A stretch of DNA of 32,000 nucleotides, from positions 56,017 through 88,016 of the forward strand of contig JBHLMI010000008.1 of assembly GCA_048938295.1 (NCBI GenBank), in the 5' to 3' direction. Numbering within the stretch: position 1 is the first letter of the stretch; each line of letters starts with the position of its first letter. The position numbers and the translations under genes are program-made. Of the stretch, positions 9,402 through 17,000 are shown piece after piece. The notes under the pieces are model-generated. The model searched no databases. It was given only the letters and a program-made list of their open reading frames with translations, and was not told the DNA's origin. Origin of the DNA: Promethearchaeota archaeon (lineage in GTDB: Archaea; Asgardarchaeota; Hermodarchaeia; Hermodarchaeales; Hermodarchaeaceae).

Positions 9402-9426
9402 TAAAAAGGCACCAGCACTGATGCAA
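9402..9426 (-). promoter_or_regulatory. Putative promoter of the PolB2-partner gene: TTGCATC-N12-TTTTTA
   Basis: The minus strand reads TTGCATCAGTGCTGGTGCCTTTTTAG. The T-rich box starts 39 nt before the ATG, with the same 19-nt offset as at polB2. Confidence 0.45.
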
Positions 9427-9474
9427 GAAATCGCCCATCATTCCCCAGGAATGACCCAGTTCTTGCTGTCACCC

Positions 9475-12400
9475 CTAGGGGCTGTCCGTGAAGCGGACAT
9501 CCTCACAAGTCGGGCACCCAGCATACAACACCTGCAGTCCTTCCAGGGATCCATCACGGAACACGGTGATGCCCTTCAACCCCAACTCATCCGCCAACAA
9601 GAATACCCGACGAATATCCTCCGTCGAAGCGTTGTTAGGCACATTAACGGTTTTGCTTACTGCATTGTCTGTGTGTTTCTGGAAGGCTGCTTGCACGCGC
9701 ACATGCCATTCAGGATCGATTTCATGAGCAGTTTTGAACAAGCGCTTGATATCGTCTGGTACACCTTCCACGTCCTGTACAGATCCCGTCGATGCCACTT
9801 CCTGCTCAACAGCTTCACACCAGAAGCCACGTTCTTCAGCAATTTCGACGAAGTATCTGTTTGTATCCGTCAAGCGGACACCTTCAGTGAGTACCCGATC
9901 ATGCACAATAGCAAACAAAGGTTCAATCCCACTACTGGTCCCCGCAATCAAGCTAATACTCCCAGTAGGGGCAATCGTGATTAGCGTTGCATTCCGCTTC
10001 CATTTCCGACGCTGCTTCAATAAATCAATGTGCTCGAAGTTACCCCGCACCTTCGCCAGTTCCGCTGACGCCCGCTCCGCACGATTCCGAATGAACTCCA
10101 TCACCTGTTCCGCTAATTCCAAGGCTTTCTCGGAATCGTATGGAATCCGCAGCTGAATGAGCATCTCCGTCCAGCCCATAATCCCAAGCCCAATCTTCCG
10201 CGTGGCTTTGGTCTGAATGGCAATCTCTTCCACCGGATACTTATTCAAATCAATAATATTATCCAAGAACCGCACCGCCAACGGAATAATTTCACCCAAC
10301 CGCTTCCAATTCACCTCACCATCCTCCACTAGGCGGGATAAGTTGATGCTACCTAACACGCACGACTCGTAAGGCAAAAGTGGTTGCTCACCACAATTTG
10401 AAACAATGATTCCTGATAGTTTTTTGTTCCCCTTTTTGCTTTCATACTCTCTAGTTATCGTGGCAAAATTATGATAGTCATCTACCGTGATGTTATAGAC
10501 ATCGGAGATTCCACAATCTTGAACCGAAGCAACTCGATGATTCAATTCAGCAATGGCAGGTTTGTTTAATGCCCTATAGGTATTGGAACAACCTCTTGAA
10601 CAACATACCTGTGGTTTTGATTTGATATACTCAATTCGCGTACCACAAACCGGACACTCGCCTTCCAAATTACTATCTTTCCACCTTTCTTTCGCAGCTA
10701 TGCTTATTTTCTCCCGAATTTCTTGATCAGCCATTACTTCATTCATTCTTTCTCGGAAAATCTTGCTAAACTTCTTGTCAGAGAATCTTCTTCGGGTTGA
10801 TTCACTAATTTTTACTCTTGTTTCATACGAGTGAATTCTGCCGAACATACCATTGTCTTCACCAGATCTCCCAACAGCCAGGTGTTCCTTAATCCAATCC
10901 TCTGGCATACGATGATAGGGATTGTTAGATCCAAGCATATCTCGTCGATGAAGCTTTCTGTGCTCATGGGATGTCATAATTTGAATATTTGCCCATGAAT
11001 TATCCAATGTATCATAGTTTATGTGATGAACAACCTCACTTCGCTTTAATTTCCGTCCAAGCATAAATTCTGCAATTATTTTATGCTCTCCACGATGAAA
11101 CACATTCTGATTTTGATGAATATGCCAATACTTGCTTTTCTTACCTCGTTGTCTGTATTGAATCTTGAAAAATGGCATTATTCGATCCCCCTCCTTCAGG
11201 CTGCCTGCTTCAACATAAGAACCGTCCCTTAGCATCACTCTATGGTTTTTAGTGAGTTTGAGAGAACTATTATCATCAAAAGTAACTTCAACAATTGGAA
11301 CTTGTTCTCTTGTTTTTCTTGGATTTCGACCCATTCTGACAACCATCCCATCGCCTGACCAACAAAAGACTGGAACACCTCTACCCTCTCGGGCAAGGTC
11401 CTCAATTGACACATAATTTCTCCCATCAGCGACGGCAATAAGCGTATCACCAGAAACACACGGATTCGTTGATTCTATTTGTTTGCCTTTGAGGGGGTGT
11501 TCGTCGTTAATGCGATCGATGAAGATCATGCCGGGGTCCCCGGTGTTCCAGGCGTTCAGGATCATAGAGTCGAAGATCATGCGAGCACTGATGGTTTGCT
11601 CGACTTCACCGGTGTGAGGGTTGATCAAGTCGATGTTCCCACCGGTTTTCAAGGCATGCATGAACTCGTGGGTGACGGCGACGGAGATGTTGAAGTTACG
11701 GAAGGATTTCTTGTCGGCTTTCGCACTAATGAACTCCATGATATCCGGATGATCACACCGCAAGATAGCCATGTTCGCACCGCGTCGCTTGCCTCCTTGT
11801 TTAATAACATCGGTAGCAGTATCATAGATGCGCATGAAGGAGACTGGACCGCTGGCGACTCCACCTGTAGATCCGACTGTTGTACCCTTTGGTCGGAGCT
11901 GAGAAAAAGAGAATCCCGTATTGTGTACTACCACAAGATGGCCATTTCCTGCTAGATAATTCTGGTTTATCGGAACAGAGAAGTCATAAAGAGTGGCACT
12001 TTCCCCTTTAATTTCTACATCTTTTACCTGAATTCTACGAAAACTGAATGGCTTATGTTTGCTTAGTCGGGGTTTCCGTTCGGTCGGGAATAAACGTCCA
12101 TAGCCTGTTGAGAAAGCAATTTCCCATCCTGTGGATCGAATACCAAAACGGGTTCTATCTCGTCTTCTAACCTTGTAATTTATTCCGATCATTGCGAGGA
12201 GGCTGGAGAGAAAGTCCTTTAGTGAGTCTGATGATGTGTAAAGACTTATCACATCTCGACCAAAGTAGCCATCTCCGTCTAATAGCCCAGCAATAAAAGA
12301 AAATGGTGCACCAGGTATGAATTGAGGAGTTAGCTTATCTTCCCCAACGATTTCGTATAAATGATAAATGAATGAATCTTTCTTTTTGGTAGTGGTTTTT

Positions 12401-13608
12401 AGAATATAGCAATTTTCTCTTGGATCTTTTTGTAGCTTCAATCGGCGTGTGTTTCTATACTTTGCAATGATTCGATTTGCTCTTTGAAGAATTTCCTGAC
12501 GTTCATCAAATAGACGTAGTCTAAGGCCATTGACTGTTATATCAAAACATCCATCAGCTATGATATATCCAATTAGCCACCAGAGACTGGCTTCCTTCTC
12601 AGTGAGTGGAACATCAAAAATCCCATTCTTCAGTAATGAATCACCTGAAACGAGCTCATCTGCACGTTTGATTTGGATTTTCTCGCCATTCCATACATAA
12701 AAAGGGTGCCAACAACTGGTTTCGATTTGTCCATTTGAACCATACGAGATTCGTACTGTTTTGTCTAAGGCGAATTTCCATCCCTGACTTACAGGTCGTT
12801 CTTCAAAGATTTGCAGTACAGGATTCCATGAATACAAGGTAATTGGAGATATTGTTTGTGGGAATCCTGTGATAGTTATATCTTTCATTCCGGGAATCTG
12901 CTCTATTTCTACTAGCCCATGTTCTTTTGTTAAGACCTTTGTTCCTTCTTTGACACACCCACCGCCAGATTTCTGAACTCGGGCCATATGCCAGAGGGTG
13001 TTGAAGATGGAGTCGATGTCGTCGCGAATTGGTAGCACAAAGCAAGCGCTGAGTTGTCCGATATCGGTGCCAGCGTTATAGAGGGTGGGGCTGTTAGGCA
13101 TGAACTCGAGGTTGGCGATCATATCATAGAAGAGCTGTTCGTAGGTTTTATAGTCGGCACTTTTATCGAAGATCTTTTCGGCTTTTGCGACTGCTTTCGC
13201 GACGCGATGGAAGAGTTGTGATGGGGTTTCGATGGGAGTACCGTCATCGTCTTTGAGGAGGTAGCGTTTGGCCACTGTGGCGGCGTTCGGTCCTAATTTC
13301 AGATCGTCGACTACCCCTACGGTGCGGAGTAGGCGTCGTGCAACGGCTCGTTTCTCGCGGTATTTGATGTAGCGCTTTGCTGTCTCAGTATAGCCGTTGA
13401 CCATTAGTACTTCTTCAACGATATCTTGGATTTCTTCAATGTGAATTGTGTCAACGTTTTTGTTCTTGATGATTTTGATAACTTTGTCTGTTAGTTTTTT
13501 TGCAGGTTTTGAATCTGCTTTATGTGATTCAAAAGCACGTCGAATGGCGTTCTCGATTTTGGTTGGATCCCAGTCAACAATACGTCCGTCACGTTTCTCA
13601 ACTTTCAC
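9475..13608 (-). CDS. nrdJ: Class II (adenosylcobalamin-dependent) ribonucleotide reductase with N-terminal ATP cone and two inteins (precursor 1377 aa, spliced 676 aa)
   Basis: ATP cone (VEKRDGRIVDWDPTKIENAI), PNSPTL, QLSACFV, GGKRRGANM, NP|CGEQ thiyl Cys, ESCVLGSINL, RKIGLGIMG, IAPTGSIS and a C-terminal CPTC. GGGAGG lies before the GTG, and there is no nrdB nearby. Confidence 0.93.
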   Translation of the reverse strand: MKVEKRDGRIVDWDPTKIENAIRRAFESHKADSKPAKKLTDKVIKIIKNKNVDTIHIEEIQDIVEEVLMVNGYTETAKRYIKYREKRAVARRLLRTVGVVDDLKLGPNAATVAKRYLLKDDDGTPIETPSQLFHRVAKAVAKAEKIFDKSADYKTYEQLFYDMIANLEFMPNSPTLYNAGTDIGQLSACFVLPIRDDIDSIFNTLWHMARVQKSGGGCVKEGTKVLTKEHGLVEIEQIPGMKDITITGFPQTISPITLYSWNPVLQIFEERPVSQGWKFALDKTVRISYGSNGQIETSCWHPFYVWNGEKIQIKRADELVSGDSLLKNGIFDVPLTEKEASLWWLIGYIIADGCFDITVNGLRLRLFDERQEILQRANRIIAKYRNTRRLKLQKDPRENCYILKTTTKKKDSFIYHLYEIVGEDKLTPQFIPGAPFSFIAGLLDGDGYFGRDVISLYTSSDSLKDFLSSLLAMIGINYKVRRRDRTRFGIRSTGWEIAFSTGYGRLFPTERKPRLSKHKPFSFRRIQVKDVEIKGESATLYDFSVPINQNYLAGNGHLVVVHNTGFSFSQLRPKGTTVGSTGGVASGPVSFMRIYDTATDVIKQGGKRRGANMAILRCDHPDIMEFISAKADKKSFRNFNISVAVTHEFMHALKTGGNIDLINPHTGEVEQTISARMIFDSMILNAWNTGDPGMIFIDRINDEHPLKGKQIESTNPCVSGDTLIAVADGRNYVSIEDLAREGRGVPVFCWSGDGMVVRMGRNPRKTREQVPIVEVTFDDNSSLKLTKNHRVMLRDGSYVEAGSLKEGDRIMPFFKIQYRQRGKKSKYWHIHQNQNVFHRGEHKIIAEFMLGRKLKRSEVVHHINYDTLDNSWANIQIMTSHEHRKLHRRDMLGSNNPYHRMPEDWIKEHLAVGRSGEDNGMFGRIHSYETRVKISESTRRRFSDKKFSKIFRERMNEVMADQEIREKISIAAKERWKDSNLEGECPVCGTRIEYIKSKPQVCCSRGCSNTYRALNKPAIAELNHRVASVQDCGISDVYNITVDDYHNFATITREYESKKGNKKLSGIIVSNCGEQPLLPYESCVLGSINLSRLVEDGEVNWKRLGEIIPLAVRFLDNIIDLNKYPVEEIAIQTKATRKIGLGIMGWTEMLIQLRIPYDSEKALELAEQVMEFIRNRAERASAELAKVRGNFEHIDLLKQRRKWKRNATLITIAPTGSISLIAGTSSGIEPLFAIVHDRVLTEGVRLTDTNRYFVEIAEERGFWCEAVEQEVASTGSVQDVEGVPDDIKRLFKTAHEIDPEWHVRVQAAFQKHTDNAVSKTVNVPNNASTEDIRRVFLLADELGLKGITVFRDGSLEGLQVLYAGCPTCEDVRFTDSP
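10396..11460 (-). mobile_element. Intein 2 (355 aa) with HNH endonuclease, NUMOD3-like motifs and a Zn finger
   Basis: Junctions ESTNP|CVSGD...GIIVSN|CGEQ. Block B is TKNH. HNH is EHKIIAE...VHHINYDTLDNSWANI...EHRKLH, followed by GEDNGMFGRIHSYETRVKISE and CPVC...CSRGC. Confidence 0.92.
11920..12957 (-). mobile_element. Intein 1 (346 aa) with LAGLIDADG homing endonuclease
   Basis: Junctions QKSGGG|CVKEG...VVVHN|TGFSF. Two LAGLIDADG helices: LIGYIIADG and FIAGLLDGDG. It is AT-rich (line 12361 has 15/60 G+C; extein line 11581 has 33/60). Confidence 0.93.
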
Positions 13609-13651
13609 AGGATAAGCCTCCCATTAACGCCCAATTGCATGGATAGTTTCG

Positions 13652-13715
13652 GCGCACTCAAGCAGTGTCTCTGCTTAAATGCCTTCAGGTCTTTTGATGG
13701 CATTTCTGAGTGCGC
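13652..13715 (-). other. Nested inverted-repeat element able to form a three-way junction upstream of nrdJ
   Basis: GCGCACTCA/TGAGTGCGC (9 bp) encloses AAATGCC/GGCATTT (7 bp) and AGCAG/CTGCT (5 bp). All pairs are Watson-Crick. The element ends 43 nt before the GTG. Confidence 0.6.
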
Positions 13716-13828
13716 AAAGTGTTACGGCTAGGCTCTAGCCGAACCAGATATTATACTGCACGCTGGGATTTAACTCCCAAGATTTTCAAGAGGTTAAGTG
13801 AAGTGAACCCAAGACGAAGGTATTGAAA

Positions 13829-14506
13829 CTACAATTCTGTTTTGGCGATAGTTTTGCCTAAATTGGTCGTGAGATCAACTCGGAACCAAGTTCCGGCAAC
13901 GATGTTTTCGAATTCAAACAGATCTGCTAATGGGTCGTCTTCGGTGTTCTGGAGGACAAGTTTTCCATCCCCAGCTAGCCCTTCATGAATGACGAAATCT
14001 AATTTGGCTGCAGTGATATGCTGCACGTCATAAGATTCACCGTCAACACTTGGAATGATTTTGAGGTTAATGGTGTCCCCTGTGTCAATCCATTCTCCAG
14101 GTCCTTCAAGGTCTATATCAAACTTCATTATAGGAACCTTATTGCTGAGAACTTGAGCTTTAATTCGGTTCTCTCTGCGAGAATACTTGAACTTGCCAGG
14201 TTTAGAAGGGAAGCCCCAGATTTCTCGATGAGCTACCATTGAAACAATATTATCAGTGTGCATGGTGACGCAATAGACGCCGAAATACGCTTCATAAAGA
14301 CATTGTACCACGATCGCTGATTCCCAAATATCCCCCCACGGGGAGTTGCGGAACTGAGCAAGATAAGCCCCCCCCAATAACCCGGGTGTAAGGGGTTTGG
14401 GGAGGATTCGTTCTAGGCAGTTTTTTGTTGGTTGGAAAATTACTTGGATCATTTCTGAATCCGTATAGCGAAGTGGCCCTTGAAACCAGGGCTTATAGAC
14501 TGGCAT
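13829..14506 (-). CDS. Acetoacetate decarboxylase-like superfamily protein
   Basis: YTDSEMIQVIF, LPKPL, HREIWGFPSK and INLKIIPSVDG. Start placed at the ATG at 14506. Confidence 0.8.
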   Translation of the reverse strand: MPVYKPWFQGPLRYTDSEMIQVIFQPTKNCLERILPKPLTPGLLGGAYLAQFRNSPWGDIWESAIVVQCLYEAYFGVYCVTMHTDNIVSMVAHREIWGFPSKPGKFKYSRRENRIKAQVLSNKVPIMKFDIDLEGPGEWIDTGDTINLKIIPSVDGESYDVQHITAAKLDFVIHEGLAGDGKLVLQNTEDDPLADLFEFENIVAGTWFRVDLTTNLGKTIAKTEL

Positions 14507-14675
14507 GGTCAATTGTTTCGTCAACCTTATTCCACATCCTTCCACAACTCATAATGTGTGACGAATTAGCTCATCTATGCAGATTTCACCTTTTAATTCT
14601 ACGTCTATGAATTGCAAAAGCCACAGAGTTCTAAAATAAAGCATTAAAAGAATGAGAAATTTAGTTGAAGTGATA

Positions 14676-14885
14676 ATGATGCGAACAATCGATATCGTGT
14701 GCCCATTATTATTGCTTGCCATTGCGCTCCTAATCACTTGGATTTTAGTTCTGATGAATCCAGTGATCCTTCCCTTTGCCTTGGGCTTCGCGGTCCTCCT
14801 TGTTATCTTCATTCTTCTTTCCTTTTGTACAGGACGGTATACTCGAAAGGATGCATCTGACCAAGTCTTGACCTACAAACGCTAG
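14676..14885 (+). CDS. Small two-TM membrane protein
   Basis: Two hydrophobic segments and a charged tail. It fills the gap between neighbours, with a GTGAT site before the ATG. Confidence 0.55.
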   Translation: MMRTIDIVCPLLLLAIALLITWILVLMNPVILPFALGFAVLLVIFILLSFCTGRYTRKDASDQVLTYKR

Positions 14886-14900
14886 AATCCGTTCCGTGAC

Positions 14901-15299
14901 TTAAGGGAAGAATATGAAAAACATGTAGTCGATGATAAAGTCAATTACGAAGATAAGAATCACTGCAATAGCTACGATTGTCAAACCACGGACAAACATC
15001 GTATCGAAGAAATGCTGTACCAAAACCATCCAAACAATGAAGGTAGCTAGCAGGCCAACCACAGTCCAAGCAAAGATAACAATCTCATTCAACCCGGGAA
15101 CAAGAACGTAGCTGATGGTCCAATCAATCCCCAGCTTCAGTAACAACCCCAGCAGCGCGACGAAAATTGCATCCGTGACCTTGGCATTAACACCAGAGAG
15201 CAGCCGACCTGCTGCAAAGAATGCAATCGTCGCCACAATGAAACTCACTATAAAAGTTACAACAGCGTCAATCTGAGCAGGTGAAAGGAACAGCACCAT
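14901..15299 (-). CDS. Four-TM membrane protein
   Basis: Four hydrophobic helices; AGGAG site before the ATG at 15299. Confidence 0.75.
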   Translation of the reverse strand: MVLFLSPAQIDAVVTFIVSFIVATIAFFAAGRLLSGVNAKVTDAIFVALLGLLLKLGIDWTISYVLVPGLNEIVIFAWTVVGLLATFIVWMVLVQHFFDTMFVRGLTIVAIAVILIFVIDFIIDYMFFIFFP

Positions 15300-15456
15300 T
15301 GTCAACTCCTATTCGACTAGCGGTAAGATACGAAGCTGCTTCCCTAAATAGCTTCGCCAAAGTGTTCATTGCAAAGTGATTGACATGATTAAGGCTAGGC
15401 TTATATCACAGAAGCCACCAAATCCTAAGCCACACGTCCGCATGGAGGATCACACG

Positions 15457-15870
15457 ATGAGCAGTAAGAAGACCGTCAGCGAACGAATCAAAACCGCGTC
15501 CATCGCCCAAATAACCGGCATCGTCCTCATCTGGTACGCAATCAGCATCATCACCTCCCGCCTTATCACCGTCATAATCGCCCCTGGCATAAGCATTGAA
15601 TCCGGTATCTACCATTATCATCACGTATTATGGGGATTGATTCTTATGATGATGGGAGGCTTCATAGCCTTGTATTGGGAAAGTCGACGCGCCAAAGTCT
15701 TTGGGGCCTTTTTCCTGGGTTTAGGACTGGGGCTAGCGGTAGATGAAGTCGGACTCATTTTAGTCACTGCAGATTCTGGGTATTGGGATCCTATCACGTA
15801 TCCCGTTATGATTATCGTGGCTCAAGTGCTCTTTATTGCATGGATGGTTGCCCGGCAACAAGGACGATAA
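15457..15870 (+). CDS. Conserved four-TM membrane protein with an HHxxWG...GLxxDE pattern
   Basis: YHYHHVLWGLILM and GLGLGLAVDEVG. GGAGG site before the ATG at 15457. Confidence 0.75.
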   Translation: MSSKKTVSERIKTASIAQITGIVLIWYAISIITSRLITVIIAPGISIESGIYHYHHVLWGLILMMMGGFIALYWESRRAKVFGAFFLGLGLGLAVDEVGLILVTADSGYWDPITYPVMIIVAQVLFIAWMVARQQGR

Positions 15871-15876
15871 TACAAG

Positions 15877-16872
15877 CTAGCGTTCTTCTTGCAAGCTCTC
15901 TAGGCTCTCAATTACAACGTCACGCTGTCCCTGTCGGGTGAGGCTCCGCAGAAACGTTCCTAGCACACCCACTTCACTGACACCAAGCCGTTGCATGGCA
16001 TGAATTGTTCGTTTTTCGAAATCATCTAATGAGAGGGCTTGCGGGTCAATTCCAATGAACTCTACTAAACTCGATTCCGTCTTGACCTCCACCACCACAT
16101 CTTCATGAACGGGTTGTGGTTCGCTTGGTGGTGGAATTGGTGTGGTGTCTGGTGCGTTTACTGGTGGTGGTTCCATCGGGACCACTACTTCAGGTTCAAT
16201 AGCTGGCTCCGGTTCAGGTTCAGGCGTTACCTCAACCACTGGTTTAGGAATTGGCTCAATGTTCGGCGTAGGAGCCACAGGTTCCGGTTCTGGAACTGGC
16301 GCGGGAGCGGCAGGTTCAGCAGGTGGTGGTGTAGGCGCCTCTTCCACTTGGCCTGGCCACTTGGATCCAATAATCGTTTTTGCCATTAGAATAAATGCGT
16401 CTCCCACATTTTCGTCCATCTTCGCACTTGTCTCAACATACTGCAACCCCGCTTGCGCCGCAAAGGCCTCCGCCTCCTCACGTGACACAACACGCTGATC
16501 CAGCAAATCCGTCTTATTCCCAATCAGAATCCCTGGAATATTCCCTGCATTCTTCCGCGTCTCTTCCAGCCAACCAGCAAGGTGCTCAAAGGACGACCGA
16601 TCAATTACACTTAACACATAAATGACACCGGTTGAGCCCTGATAGAACAAGGGACGCACACCCCCAAAATGGGGTTGACCTGCCAAGTCCCAAATTTGCA
16701 ACTTGACAATTACAGTCCCAAGATCAACAGTCTTTACGGCAAAAGATGTACCAATGGTCATTTTGTATGTGTCGGTAAAGGTCCCCTGTGTATACCGGAC
16801 AATAAGACTGGTTTTACCCACGGCGCCGTCGCCAGCAACAGGGACTTTGAAGATGTAGGTCGCTTTACTCAT
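15877..16872 (-). CDS. Rab-like small GTPase with a Pro/Glu-rich linker and a C-terminal helical domain
   Basis: G1 GDGAVGKTS, G2 TIGTSF, G3 WDLAGQ, G4 NKTD and G5 ETSAK, plus KLQIW and FYQGS Rab-family-like motifs. Confidence 0.92.
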   Translation of the reverse strand: MSKATYIFKVPVAGDGAVGKTSLIVRYTQGTFTDTYKMTIGTSFAVKTVDLGTVIVKLQIWDLAGQPHFGGVRPLFYQGSTGVIYVLSVIDRSSFEHLAGWLEETRKNAGNIPGILIGNKTDLLDQRVVSREEAEAFAAQAGLQYVETSAKMDENVGDAFILMAKTIIGSKWPGQVEEAPTPPPAEPAAPAPVPEPEPVAPTPNIEPIPKPVVEVTPEPEPEPAIEPEVVVPMEPPPVNAPDTTPIPPPSEPQPVHEDVVVEVKTESSLVEFIGIDPQALSLDDFEKRTIHAMQRLGVSEVGVLGTFLRSLTRQGQRDVVIESLESLQEER

Positions 16873-17000
16873 AGACAGTGTCTCCTTTAGGGGGTCAGTA
16901 AGGTGCTTAGGTATTTATTTTCTATGTTGGCTTTTAACTCGATTGGTGGTCCTTGCGTTTTACTTCGTTGGTGAATAGAAACACTACGTATTGAGCGTAG

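Noticed and set aside
9421-10156. Plus-strand ORFs of 187 and 140 aa
   Set aside because: Antisense shadows of the well-supported nrdJ with no recognisable motifs.
13652-13715. Identification of the three-way junction as a hammerhead ribozyme or a purine/2'-dG, TPP or cobalamin riboswitch
   Set aside because: There is no CUGANGA/GAAA core in the junctions on either strand. The junctions (0-1 nt) are too short for a purine aptamer, and TPP and B12-box consensus elements are absent.
14549-14812. Minus-strand 87-aa ORF
   Set aside because: It conflicts with the plus-strand two-TM ORF, which has a clearer hydrophobic pattern and ribosome-binding site.
16105-16498. Gly/Ser-rich and Trp/Arg-rich plus-strand ORFs that look like repeat proteins
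   Set aside because: They are the reverse complement of the Pro-rich linker of the GTPase.
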